64,000 nucleotides of DNA from a virus (lineage: Duplodnaviria > Caudoviricetes): the IMG/VR virus record IMGVR_UViG_3300048598_000163, positions 14,512-78,511 of that record; one strand, 5' to 3'. The notes under the pieces were generated by a model. It ran no database searches. It had not been told where the DNA came from and worked only from the letters and a program-made list of their open reading frames with translations. Shown here piece after piece: positions 8,136-18,194 of this stretch (the first letter of the stretch is position 1; each line of letters begins with the position of its first letter). Both the position numbers and the translations under genes were made by a program.

Positions 8136-9182
8136 TTATTCTCCATAATCCCGCTCGGCGAATTCAAGGTACGCCTTAATCCCGAATGGCTTTATCAAAT
8201 CCAATATGTCCTGATAAATATCTCTTGCGAATCCTGCGGAAACGCCAGTAAAGAAAACCTGATCGAAATAACCTGCCTTGCTATAGTCAGGAACTTTAAT
8301 CGGATCTGGGTCCGTTGTTCCGCCTGCAAGATGCATCACATCTCCAACAACCTCGCCTGAAAAGTTCACTACCACGGTGAATGTTCCATAGGCGAATTTC
8401 TCTACAAAACTCGCGTGATCAACATACCCCGATGATCCGGAAACACCGCAGAATTTCACATTAAGGCTCGATGCTGTCTTTTTGATAATAAACAACTGCT
8501 GGTCTGCCCAATCAGTGGTGCTAAACACATTTACGAATTCAGCGAGTTGCCATTCCATGGTAGAAGCATTCCAATACATACCGGCGTCGTCTGTTATTCT
8601 TAAACTACATGCGCCCTTCAGAAAGAAATGAAGAGAAAACGTGCCTGCTGCCACGGCTATGTTCTGCTGACACGTTCCGGCGCCCGCGAGATAAAGACCT
8701 TTCGCCTTTGAAAATCGCGCTACCGGAGCAAGGGTACATCCGTCGAGCGTCCAGCCTGTTTCGCCTTCAAAGTCAGAATCAAGCATCATATTCGCCGCGG
8801 TCGCCCCGGTGTTTTCTATCACGTAAATCGCAGCAGTTGGAAAATACTTCTCGAAAACATGCTTGATGTTCCATGGTGTACCGAACACCAGATCGCCGGC
8901 GCGTGCGGTAATCGCCTTGAACCGATTAACAAGAGCGGTATCGGTTTCCTCAAAATAACGCTCCATCCCGATAAAGAAATCTACCGTCTTATCAAGCATC
9001 TCGCCGGTATGATTATTTACGTTGTCATTTTGCGTATACGAATCGACATATTCTATAAGATCGTCGAATTCATTCGCGAGCGCGCCATCGCCTTCGTCAT
9101 CGGAGACGATTGCCGCTACTGTTGGATCCGTAAGATTCAGACCGCCGGGAAGGTTTTTCAGAAGTTCAGAGCCCTGACCCAT
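8136..9182 (-). CDS. Baseplate wedge-like protein
   Basis: Directly follows baseplate J; C-terminal LDLIKPFGI is a gpI-like motif. Confidence 0.6.
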   Translation of the reverse strand: MGQGSELLKNLPGGLNLTDPTVAAIVSDDEGDGALANEFDDLIEYVDSYTQNDNVNNHTGEMLDKTVDFFIGMERYFEETDTALVNRFKAITARAGDLVFGTPWNIKHVFEKYFPTAAIYVIENTGATAANMMLDSDFEGETGWTLDGCTLAPVARFSKAKGLYLAGAGTCQQNIAVAAGTFSLHFFLKGACSLRITDDAGMYWNASTMEWQLAEFVNVFSTTDWADQQLFIIKKTASSLNVKFCGVSGSSGYVDHASFVEKFAYGTFTVVVNFSGEVVGDVMHLAGGTTDPDPIKVPDYSKAGYFDQVFFTGVSAGFARDIYQDILDLIKPFGIKAYLEFAERDYGE

Positions 9183-10258
9183 TAAATTGCCTCCACGATG
9201 ATCATTGCGCTGCCGAAGCGAGCGATTTGATTATCACCGATGGCGATATTGTCGGACGGACTGGTTATTTTCACATCCTTTATATATGAGATTCTTCTTA
9301 ACGCCAGTATGATCGTCGTGAGAACTACATCGTCCCCGATTAGAAGCCCATTTATATAGGTTTTGATCGCGTCCTCCGCGTCATATTTTGCGACTGATTC
9401 ATCCGTTCTGTAGGTGCTAATCGTAACGGCGATATTTACAGGTACTATCGTCGGGGCAAGAACACGGATGTTCACCCCTGGAGCTCGCCGTCCCGTACTG
9501 GCCGCGGTCCCGAGGCCGTTAATCAGCGTCTTTACTTCTGCAATTACGACATCTGTTGCATTTCCAGTGCCATCGTCTACATACAGCGTTCCGCTGTAAA
9601 TATTATCGATAGGCGGAAAATGTTCGACCGGCGAGCAGGACCGTACTGATTCAAGACCAAGTACGGCAGATTTCAGGCCGTAAAGGTTGGTCCCCTGAAG
9701 GCCCTTGATATATTCCTGGAATCGTTCAAGACGATCAGATTCCTTTTCTTCGTTGGCGCCACCCGTTGTTTTTGCAGCATTCGTTACCGAGACTACATCG
9801 CTGGTGAGTACGGAATCGATAGTGCTTATTGCTCCAATGGAGACGTTATAGTCGGTTCCTACGAGAGCAGCAACGACCGAAACAGAATCGGAGCTAAGTT
9901 CCCCTGCCGCTATCGTTCCGACAGAGGTTGTTATGAATTTCAGCTCCCCCGCCAGAATAATCGTACCGACAGGGATTTTCGTTGCATACGAATACGTCTT
10001 CGTTCGAGAGAAAACAACGGTTCCGGTAGCTTTAACCCCGTTTTTTTTCACAAAATCAAATACCGAGTACGGCAAGCCTTTAAGATAAGAATCATACCCG
10101 ACGCGACATCGTATGTAGGTTAGCGCGAGTTGCCGCGCGACGGCCTCGGTAAACGATGCTACGACTGATCCATCATTGAAGTCTGTGAGCCGGTTCTGCT
10201 TTGCAATGATTGTGTTCTTCATCGAATTGTATAGTTCGTCGAAAGTCTTCGTTTCCAT
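9182..10258 (-). CDS. Baseplate J-like protein
   Basis: KATGTVVF, IPVGT, VAALVGTDYNV, TGGANEEKESDRLER motifs. Confidence 0.9.
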   Translation of the reverse strand: METKTFDELYNSMKNTIIAKQNRLTDFNDGSVVASFTEAVARQLALTYIRCRVGYDSYLKGLPYSVFDFVKKNGVKATGTVVFSRTKTYSYATKIPVGTIILAGELKFITTSVGTIAAGELSSDSVSVVAALVGTDYNVSIGAISTIDSVLTSDVVSVTNAAKTTGGANEEKESDRLERFQEYIKGLQGTNLYGLKSAVLGLESVRSCSPVEHFPPIDNIYSGTLYVDDGTGNATDVVIAEVKTLINGLGTAASTGRRAPGVNIRVLAPTIVPVNIAVTISTYRTDESVAKYDAEDAIKTYINGLLIGDDVVLTTIILALRRISYIKDVKITSPSDNIAIGDNQIARFGSAMIIVEAI

Positions 10259-10259
10259 T

Positions 10260-11996
10260 TCACACTCTCCCTTTCGCGGTGTTCACGTTCCCGTTAATGT
10301 CCGTATAATCGATTTCCACATAAAGGTTATCTCCGGAACCAGAGAACCTGATATCTTCTACACCAGACACGCGCGGATCTGCCGATACAGTCATTTCTAT
10401 CGACGAGATAAGGTACGAAACGCCAGCAACCGGATCTGCTACGGTATTCTTTATACCGTATGTGCTCAATCTTATCCTGGCGTCAACGCTTTCACGCAAC
10501 CTCATAAGAATTGCCTGCGAAAGATTATCAGCTCCGTCAACAAGAAGGAAGTCTCCCGTTTGTGAGATTTCAATATTTCCATCTTGGTCTAGTGCTACGT
10601 CTTTTCCGTAATTATCTGCATCCTCTTTAAGCGCATAGATAAGGTTGTTCTGCACGGCTTCTGTTTGATCAAATACAGGCACAAAAATCGTTTCGCCTGG
10701 CTCAAGATCGTCAATCGATGCCACCCCGTTATACGTGGCAATATCTGCAGCCTTGTCGGCCGATCCAAGATATTTTGCCGCCACTGATTCAAACGTTGTT
10801 TCGCTCGTCACCGTAACGGGTGTATCTCCATAAACGGTCGAAACGCGACTGCACAAGAATCTGCCATTTGCATTGACAACGGGGTCGCTGTCCTTATCGG
10901 AGTCGCCGCTTCCGATCGTTATATCGGGCACACCGGACTTCCCTCCCGCGGCCACTGTTCCTGCGTCATCTTCAGCTTGACCGGCTATGCTGTTTATAGT
11001 GTCCTGGAACTCTTGAGCATTGCAATCATACTGTTCAAGAATATCTTCAGGTATTTCGTAGTTCTCTTCCGAACCTATTCGGCGACATTGAGTTGAGACA
11101 TTCTCGACCGATTTGAATAGCGCCAGGGTCGAATTCTGAAAATCTAGTCCCGTCTCGAGCCCGTAAGTAACGAACCCCATCGTCACGTCGTCGTAAAGGC
11201 CAAAAGCCTCCGCAGTTATGTTGTTCATCGACTCCGCGGCATTGTTCACAAATCCATTTATTCCGTCAGTGAATGCGGACAGCGTGTCCTTGGCGCCCTG
11301 TACAAAAGAACGGGCGTCAGCGATCGCGTTTGAAACATCCTCCATCCACGACAGCGCATTGTTGAGTTTCTCCATGGCGCTATCGATCTTGTTTATCAGC
11401 TCCTCGAAATCAATGTTGAACCATTTCGGGTATTTACCTTTCTTTGGATCCTTTGGATCGACTCCCGTAAATTCAATAGTATACCGGAAAGTAAATGGCC
11501 TATCGCTCGCCCTCCGTATCTTGAAATCTCCGAGGAAAACCTGCCAGTAATTTCTAGTCGCCCGTTTCGTGGCTGTGGTACCACCAACACGTTCGATTTT
11601 CGAAAGATCGTAAAGCATCACCTTTTTTTGAAGATTATCGACTCCTGTTTTATACTTCAGAAGGAGATCACGCAGGTAGAATATCTCATCCTCTCCCGAC
11701 ATCCATTTATCGCTCTTCCCGGGACGGTATATTTTTTTCAGTGAGTTATTCACCGTTGATCCAGATAAGCTTATTCTTACGGCGTCGGCTCCATAATCAT
11801 CGACATGAAGACCACCGAACGTCTTTGTTTCGCTTTTTCTTTGTGAGTAAGTAAAGTCTTCTGATTCAGGCGGAAGAGAAAAGGTGAATGCCTCTTCGAC
11901 GCTTACCCCGTCCTTGCCGAGAAATTCGAGGAGGTAGGCTTTTTTCCAGAGATTCGTTTTCAGGTACGTTTTATTGGTAGCCACAGACGTTCTCAT
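10260..11996 (-). CDS. Tail-initiator-like + LysM-like + gp25-like baseplate fusion protein
   Basis: N-terminal FSLPPES..KTFGGLHVDDYG; TFESVAAKYLGS..IATYNG..LEPGETIFVP; C-terminal YGKDVALD..GDFLLVDGADNLSQAI..DPRVSGV. Start moved to ATG 11996. Confidence 0.65.
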   Translation of the reverse strand: MRTSVATNKTYLKTNLWKKAYLLEFLGKDGVSVEEAFTFSLPPESEDFTYSQRKSETKTFGGLHVDDYGADAVRISLSGSTVNNSLKKIYRPGKSDKWMSGEDEIFYLRDLLLKYKTGVDNLQKKVMLYDLSKIERVGGTTATKRATRNYWQVFLGDFKIRRASDRPFTFRYTIEFTGVDPKDPKKGKYPKWFNIDFEELINKIDSAMEKLNNALSWMEDVSNAIADARSFVQGAKDTLSAFTDGINGFVNNAAESMNNITAEAFGLYDDVTMGFVTYGLETGLDFQNSTLALFKSVENVSTQCRRIGSEENYEIPEDILEQYDCNAQEFQDTINSIAGQAEDDAGTVAAGGKSGVPDITIGSGDSDKDSDPVVNANGRFLCSRVSTVYGDTPVTVTSETTFESVAAKYLGSADKAADIATYNGVASIDDLEPGETIFVPVFDQTEAVQNNLIYALKEDADNYGKDVALDQDGNIEISQTGDFLLVDGADNLSQAILMRLRESVDARIRLSTYGIKNTVADPVAGVSYLISSIEMTVSADPRVSGVEDIRFSGSGDNLYVEIDYTDINGNVNTAKGRV

Positions 11997-12004
11997 TTTC
12001 ACCC

Positions 12005-12235
12005 CTATCCTGTAATTGTCACTGTTCCTGTCTCCGATGTAGCTCCGGGACCGGCGGGTGTAGAGCATTTTATCCCAGCAGCCACCAGGCCATCGGCCTG
12101 CTTTACTTCATCTATAAAATCCTGGGCGATCCCTTCCCAGAGCTCTTTTACCGCCGCTTTCGCCTCATCAGAAGCGTTGCTTGCCGTCAGCCTTGCGGCT
12201 ATCTTGTCACCCAGTCTTGTGTTTGACATTGCCAT
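12005..12235 (-). CDS. Small baseplate / spike-tip-like protein
   Basis: 76 aa from MAMSN, ends TPAGPGATSETGTVTITG; follows the spike gene. Confidence 0.5.
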   Translation of the reverse strand: MAMSNTRLGDKIAARLTASNASDEAKAAVKELWEGIAQDFIDEVKQADGLVAAGIKCSTPAGPGATSETGTVTITG

Positions 12236-12239
12236 AGCG

Positions 12240-13106
12240 TTACGTTCCTTTTGCCTGCGGTCCACTATGCGGCGCGCCCGTAAACGGGCAGACTACAATC
12301 GCGCATAGTGGTCCGGATCCAGTCGGCGGTACATTTCCCTTCATGGAAAAGTCACCGCCATTGATTTCAACATTTCCTGTCACGGTAGTTTTCGTTGCCT
12401 TCACGTTTGCATTTCCAGATACCTCAATCGAGGCGTCACCGGAAACTTTCACGTCAGACTTCGGTACGTTTATTGATATTTCACCGTCCTTAATCGTAAT
12501 TACAGTGTCGAAACAGGTGATTTTCATGTCCTTGCCAGAAACCGCATCTATTTTCGTTTCATCGAACAGAGATAAGTGCAGTTCAGGATCGGAAGGCTCA
12601 TAATCAAGAAGAAAGCTTGTTTTTTCATCCGGTGAAACCACCTTGGCTGTACCGTTATCATGATTATACTCGGTTTTCCAATTACCTGGAAGAACGCGCT
12701 GCCTGACCGGATCTTTCTTTTCTTTCTCGGAATCATCCTTTGCCATGAAAGCGTCTACGTGCGGTGTTTCGTAAATAGAAAAACCAGAGCATAAAACGAA
12801 TGCACTATCGATTGTACCTGACGGCATCATTATGAAAACTCGAGAATCTTCAGGGGGTAGATTGCGCTCGCCAGAAACATATTTTTGTCCTTCAGTGTTA
12901 ACTTTCACCCATTCTTTGCTTGATACCGGTACCGATCCGACGAAGATGCCGGTGTCGAGGTATACATCAACTGAATTTGATGTTGAGTTAACGGCCTGAA
13001 CAACACCCCAACATCCATACCTATTGGTCATCGGGCTGCTGGAGCAAGCATTACGTCCAGTAGGTAATCGCTTTCCGACGGGCTTTACGTTTATTGTCAC
13101 ATTCAT
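12240..13106 (-). CDS. Baseplate central spike (gpV/gp45-like)
   Basis: N-terminal OB-like region, beta-rich V/I-x-V repeats, C-terminal LCAIVVCPFTGAPH. Confidence 0.75.
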   Translation of the reverse strand: MNVTINVKPVGKRLPTGRNACSSSPMTNRYGCWGVVQAVNSTSNSVDVYLDTGIFVGSVPVSSKEWVKVNTEGQKYVSGERNLPPEDSRVFIMMPSGTIDSAFVLCSGFSIYETPHVDAFMAKDDSEKEKKDPVRQRVLPGNWKTEYNHDNGTAKVVSPDEKTSFLLDYEPSDPELHLSLFDETKIDAVSGKDMKITCFDTVITIKDGEISINVPKSDVKVSGDASIEVSGNANVKATKTTVTGNVEINGGDFSMKGNVPPTGSGPLCAIVVCPFTGAPHSGPQAKGT

Positions 13107-14536
13107 ACGCTCTTCACCCCTTCAAGCTCGATAAGCGTTTTTCCAGCATTATCAATTTCCCCAATAAACACACCACTTTTTGAGTATTTCGCCCCACGAT
13201 TAACAGTACAGACGATAGTCGGTGTTCCTCCGTATGCCCAGCTGTGATCCGTGGACTTGATATAAAACTGCCCCCCGATAAAACCAAGCCGCTCGCCCGC
13301 TCGAGGATTTTTTTCCGGCTTCATAAAATCGGTGGTTAATGTAATTGAGCCGGCGTGCATCTTGTCGATATTCCCATACCATTCTTTCATTCGAAGGTTT
13401 AATGCTGAAAATGCTTTAAGGATATCGTTATTACGTGTTGAATCGGTTCCAACACGTGCATAACCACGGAAGTTAACCTCGAGCGGCCTATACCCGTAAA
13501 CGGCAAGTTTTTCCGAATCAATACAGACGGTTTGGTCTCCTGATTTACTTAACTGCGAAAGCGTGACATAGGCTTCCTGTGAAAGCACCGATCCCTCAAG
13601 GTACGAATAATATGCGGTATAAACCTCTTCGTCGCTTAACTCGAGATCAAAAGAGGTGAGTTTAACCGGATCGACTTCTGTAATATGCAGTCCGGTCCAT
13701 TTCGCTGAAAAACTTATATCATTCAACGTAAGGTCGTCACTATCGAAAGGCGACTCACGGGCAACAATTCTACAATTTCCCGCCTTATCAACCCTTGAGA
13801 ATAGTTCATATACGGGCGGAGGAAGAAGCGATTGCCAGATTCCTGTTATGATGTTTACTCCCTGTTGGTAGAATGCACTCGCGATCGGATAAGCGAAGTC
13901 AGCATCACCATCGGAGGTCTCAAGGAAATCTTCTCCTATAAAGTTTTTAACGATTTCTACAACCTTAGTGTTCCCAAGTGCAACCTCGCCATTAAGACCG
14001 CTTATTGTCATTGCTACATAATCTTCCCAAGTTTTCTGAATAAAGCTTTTCGGGTTTAAGGTCATGCCGGATAATTTCTGCGTAAGGTTTGTATTCGCGG
14101 CGTCAGCATCTTTGACGCTCATTATTCGTATGTTCATGGCAATCTGAAACCTGGTAAAAAGTCCTGCTATGGATTCACCAGAAAAGGAAGTCGTGTTCCG
14201 GACCCCCTTATCAGTTAGATTCTTCCCGACACGTTTTTTGTGTATAACTCCTACGAATGAGGGAGTTCTGTCTGAACCTTCATAAATTTTCACAACAAAC
14301 ATATTTCGAATTCTATCGTAGGCGGTATAGCCAGAACCGTCAGGATCTTCTTGTATTGTAAAATTAAAACTGCCTTCGATTGAGGATGTTGCTTCACTGA
14401 ATGAATAAGAAATCAGACCGTTACAGATTCCCGGAGAGACATTTTCCTTTGGTGCCAAAACGACTACCGGAGATTCTGGTTTTTTATAGCTGAAAATCTC
14501 AATTTTTGGATTCGGGGCTTGCCATTCATATTCCAT
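13103..14536 (-). CDS. Baseplate hub (gpD/gp27-like)
   Basis: Position after tape measure; IEGSFNFTI, SITLTTDFMKPEKNPRAGERL, FYIKSTDHSW. Confidence 0.7.
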   Translation of the reverse strand: MEYEWQAPNPKIEIFSYKKPESPVVVLAPKENVSPGICNGLISYSFSEATSSIEGSFNFTIQEDPDGSGYTAYDRIRNMFVVKIYEGSDRTPSFVGVIHKKRVGKNLTDKGVRNTTSFSGESIAGLFTRFQIAMNIRIMSVKDADAANTNLTQKLSGMTLNPKSFIQKTWEDYVAMTISGLNGEVALGNTKVVEIVKNFIGEDFLETSDGDADFAYPIASAFYQQGVNIITGIWQSLLPPPVYELFSRVDKAGNCRIVARESPFDSDDLTLNDISFSAKWTGLHITEVDPVKLTSFDLELSDEEVYTAYYSYLEGSVLSQEAYVTLSQLSKSGDQTVCIDSEKLAVYGYRPLEVNFRGYARVGTDSTRNNDILKAFSALNLRMKEWYGNIDKMHAGSITLTTDFMKPEKNPRAGERLGFIGGQFYIKSTDHSWAYGGTPTIVCTVNRGAKYSKSGVFIGEIDNAGKTLIELEGVKSV

Positions 14537-16986
14537 TATGCGCTCCCGTAAGCATCGACTACCAAGCCTCTATCGAATCTGGCCGCAAGGCCGTCCATTG
14601 ACGCTACAAGCCGCCTGATTAAATCGGGAGTTAGCCCGTCGTCGTCCCCAGACGATGCTGCCCTTGATGACTCGGAATTCTGCGATGCCTTAGCGAATGT
14701 AGAGTTCTGCGCTGTATTCCAATCACTGGTAAAACTCGAATCGGCCGTATTTGCGCCAAGCTGAAAGGCTTTAGGATCGGATATCTGGAACGAAACCTTA
14801 TTGTATGCCTTCATCGCCTTGTCGAGTGCATCTAGGATATATTTATCCGCTTCGGAATCTCCTGGTTTTCTATTGTTATAGGCATTAGATATAGCACTAA
14901 ATCCATCACTATTGATGAATGATTTGAGACCTTCCTCGGTTGAAAATCTGTCATGGAGGCTTTTAACCATTTTTGATTCAATAGAATCGTCTCCAAGCGA
15001 CGAGGGATTGTCGATTTTCTTATTCATATCTTCGAGAAGTTTTTTTGTTTGCCAATTTGTTTTATCGCTGCCAATAAGACTATCGACAGTATTGTTTATG
15101 GACGAAAGCGGCATTCCTCCCACCTTTGGAATACCGTTTGTGATAAGATTGTTCATAGCTTTTACAAATTCTTCATACGTGGATACATTGAGTGCATTGC
15201 TATTGTTTAACTGATCGCGCTCTGCAGGCGTACGTTCAGAAAGCCATTTGGCTAATGGCTCCATGGTTTTATATTCCTTGGTGTTCTTTTCTGAATCCAA
15301 TCCCTTATCAATGAATCCAGCTACCTTTTTCCCCAGAGGATTCCATTCTGCGCCGGTATACATTCCATTAACAATATCAATACCCTTTCCGTACTGGCCG
15401 CCGATAAGGAAGTTCCGAATATCCTGTACAGATTTATCAATACCGCTAAACACCTCAAGTTTCATGTCCATGAATTTACTTCCAATTCGCGCCATGTTTG
15501 TTGAGATATTTTCCGTAGCAACCATAAGTCGGCTCTCATTTGAGACATACTTGGGATTTTCTTTAAGTTCGGCTATTTTTTTCGTGTATTTATCGCTCTT
15601 AAAGTCTTCGTCTGTTGCAGTCCCTAGCATGTCGTAAACCTGGGCAGCTCCGGTATAATTCAGTCCGAACATTTGTCTATACCGCTCTATTTGACCGGTG
15701 CGATTATCCCTGCCCTCGATGCCTTGTACTAAGTTTCTTTGCTCTTTCAATAGTTCAGGGCTTAATCCGGATTCCATCAGCATCATCGTATCGACGTAAT
15801 CATTACCACGGGAAGAGCCGTATTTCTGGCGCCAGTCATCAACTTCGTTTTTGTCGCTATCTCCGCGGAGTGTGGTTCCCGATATTTTTGATGCAGCGCG
15901 AAATGTAAGAATGTCTGTTACAGAGGCGAGGCTTGTTGCGTTCGCTATGGAGTTTGACATCTGGCTATATCGCTGCGCGCCCTGTTCGCCCTTCCAGAGC
16001 TCATTGCCACCTGATAATTTCGATAAAAAAGAGAGATCGGAAGCTATTTCGTTGGCACCCTTAACGAACCCCTTACTGATTCCTTCCTGGAATATTCTTT
16101 CTACCGAAGTAAGAAATTCCTCAAACTGGCCCTTCTGAAGACCAGAAGCGAATGTTCCTCCGTACGCGGTTTCCAAGGAATCTTTCCCGCCGCCGTAACG
16201 CTGCATTGTTCCTTCGAACCTGGTTAGGTTTCCGCTACTGGCATTCGTAGCGCGCTGAAATCCGAGTATCTTTGCTTCTGATTCATAAACCCCGTTTTCT
16301 TTTGTCCCGCCGTATCTGGTGAGATCCATAACGGTTTGCATACCCTCTTCGGCAGAATATCCAAACTTATTGGCGCCTTCTGCTGCTCTATCGAAAGCCG
16401 CCCTTAGATTTTTAGTGTTTTCTTCTACGCTTCCGGAGGTTTTCCCCAGCATTGCGTTCATCTGCATGGCCGGTTGCATTACCTTTTCCCACTGCTGGGA
16501 AAGGGCATTCGCTCCAGCGGCAAGCCCGCCAACGACAAGTCCGCCAATTCCTACGGCTCCGAGCGCGCCTGCCATTTTATCAAGACCAGATCCTTCTTCA
16601 GCTTTCTCGCCAAAGAATCTTCCTGCATTCCTTGAAAGATTACCGGCTCCCTGTAAACCACCAATGGCGGTGCCGGCAAAATCCCCTCGGCCCATTGTAT
16701 TTATGATGCCCGGGGCCTGATTTACTGTTGATACGAGCCCATTTGCAAGGGCGGCGTTTTGCCGCCCTTGCTGGGCCTGTTGAGCATGATCGGAATTTGC
16801 AATTCCTCCGGAAGCCGAGCGCAGGTCTTTCAGACCGCCGGCAAGAGAGGAAACAGTCCCCCAATCACCGGCTTCTTCGGCCTTTTTCATGGCGTCGGCC
16901 ATTCCGAGGAAAGCGTCTTTCGTGGTGTTTGCTACAGATGCAACTTGACTTGCGTCAAGGGTCATCTTTATGCCGACATTCGTCAT
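14536..16986 (-). CDS. Tape measure protein
   Basis: 816 aa, A/G/Q-rich and helical with a glycine-rich hydrophobic stretch; follows the chaperone genes. Confidence 0.85.
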   Translation of the reverse strand: MTNVGIKMTLDASQVASVANTTKDAFLGMADAMKKAEEAGDWGTVSSLAGGLKDLRSASGGIANSDHAQQAQQGRQNAALANGLVSTVNQAPGIINTMGRGDFAGTAIGGLQGAGNLSRNAGRFFGEKAEEGSGLDKMAGALGAVGIGGLVVGGLAAGANALSQQWEKVMQPAMQMNAMLGKTSGSVEENTKNLRAAFDRAAEGANKFGYSAEEGMQTVMDLTRYGGTKENGVYESEAKILGFQRATNASSGNLTRFEGTMQRYGGGKDSLETAYGGTFASGLQKGQFEEFLTSVERIFQEGISKGFVKGANEIASDLSFLSKLSGGNELWKGEQGAQRYSQMSNSIANATSLASVTDILTFRAASKISGTTLRGDSDKNEVDDWRQKYGSSRGNDYVDTMMLMESGLSPELLKEQRNLVQGIEGRDNRTGQIERYRQMFGLNYTGAAQVYDMLGTATDEDFKSDKYTKKIAELKENPKYVSNESRLMVATENISTNMARIGSKFMDMKLEVFSGIDKSVQDIRNFLIGGQYGKGIDIVNGMYTGAEWNPLGKKVAGFIDKGLDSEKNTKEYKTMEPLAKWLSERTPAERDQLNNSNALNVSTYEEFVKAMNNLITNGIPKVGGMPLSSINNTVDSLIGSDKTNWQTKKLLEDMNKKIDNPSSLGDDSIESKMVKSLHDRFSTEEGLKSFINSDGFSAISNAYNNRKPGDSEADKYILDALDKAMKAYNKVSFQISDPKAFQLGANTADSSFTSDWNTAQNSTFAKASQNSESSRAASSGDDDGLTPDLIRRLVASMDGLAARFDRGLVVDAYGSA

Positions 16987-17195
16987 CTGCTCAACATCCT
17001 CTGTATTTCATCTTCTTTATAGCCGAGATCACGTAACTCTTCTTCGTCTACGTCGACCGACTGTTTCGACTGCCTGAAGGCATCTCTCAATTCCTCGTTT
17101 GTATAGGTCATTGCATACTCGTACAGAACATCAAGCTGCCAATCAGTCAGATCAATGTTCTTCCATTCCCTCGGTGATACCGTCAAATAATCCAT
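16983..17195 (-). CDS. Tail assembly chaperone, distal (T-like) part
   Basis: LLWAMDYLTVSPREWKNIDLTDWQLDVL; frame open upstream to 17414 and overlapping the end of 17152-17682; ATGA-coupled to tape measure. Confidence 0.6.
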   Translation of the reverse strand: MDYLTVSPREWKNIDLTDWQLDVLYEYAMTYTNEELRDAFRQSKQSVDVDEEELRDLGYKEDEIQRMLSR

Positions 17196-17682
17196 TGCCC
17201 ACAGCAGCTTTATCGTTTTCGCCGGTAGGTACTGGTGCAGTTTTTGGTTTCGAGGCCTTTCCAATGATTTTCTGCATTTCAGTGCGAAAAGCCGATGCCT
17301 TCTGATAGAGTTCATCATTAAACTCTTCGTCCGGCACCTCCTGGAATGAGAAATTCGGGTTTGCTTTCTTGGCCGCTTCGAACCAAGCCGGCCCGGAAAC
17401 AACAATAACATCAAGGGTAGAGCAAACCATGTTCACTCTGTCAGGAAAAGCATCGAAGGCAACAGCGGAGAGGCCGTTACGATGGTATGCCATGAGCTTC
17501 CCAATCGTGATGACATCCCGCTGCTTCGGATACTTGATGACGAATTCGCCCCGGCTTGTGGCCACCTTGGTGGTGACATCTTTTCCCATTACGAGCCGAC
17601 TGAAAACGTCCTCGCGTTCTCCTTCGGTAAGCTGCTCTACTTCATTCGCGCGGTCTACCTTGTCTACGATGCTGTATTCCAT
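17152..17682 (-). CDS. Tail assembly chaperone (G-like)
   Basis: Between tube and tape measure; acidic, 176 aa. Confidence 0.75.
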   Translation of the reverse strand: MEYSIVDKVDRANEVEQLTEGEREDVFSRLVMGKDVTTKVATSRGEFVIKYPKQRDVITIGKLMAYHRNGLSAVAFDAFPDRVNMVCSTLDVIVVSGPAWFEAAKKANPNFSFQEVPDEEFNDELYQKASAFRTEMQKIIGKASKPKTAPVPTGENDKAAVGNGLFDGITEGMEEH

Positions 17683-17694
17683 ACTTTACCCCTC

Positions 17695-18180
17695 TTAGTT
17701 TTTGGAAAGTGCCCTGAACTGAACGTTTCCGCGGACATAGGTGTTTCCGTCTACCTGCTTGCCGTCGGAAGTTACGATTGCGCCGCTGAACGAATCAAGT
17801 ATAACCCCGTCCTTCTTGTTGTAGAAGTCCATGTACTCGATTTTCTGGACCGCACCGGCATCCATAATCTTGGCTCTGGTGGGAAGAATATCCATGAGGC
17901 ATATTTTTCCGCCGTCGCCGTACTGCTGTTCGCCGTCAAGCAGCTTTTTTGCAGGAATGAACTGTCCGATGTTTATCGTGCAGTTGTACCCCTGCGGATC
18001 GATTGAAATAGGCCCGAGGTTTCCAAGGCACACAGCATCCTGTACCTGAAAGTCCTCGTTTGCCTGATAGCTCGTCACGAACGCGACGACTTCAGCGTCT
18101 GATGCAGAGGTTCCAACGCGCACATGGCAATTGAAACCCGTTGCAATGACGCTTCCGGAAATGTTAGGTAAACCAGCCAT
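17695..18180 (-). CDS. Tail tube protein
   Basis: 161 aa beta-rich protein immediately after the sheath gene. Confidence 0.8.
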   Translation of the reverse strand: MAGLPNISGSVIATGFNCHVRVGTSASDAEVVAFVTSYQANEDFQVQDAVCLGNLGPISIDPQGYNCTINIGQFIPAKKLLDGEQQYGDGGKICLMDILPTRAKIMDAGAVQKIEYMDFYNKKDGVILDSFSGAIVTSDGKQVDGNTYVRGNVQFRALSKN

Positions 18181-18194
18181 CTACTGTTCCTCCC

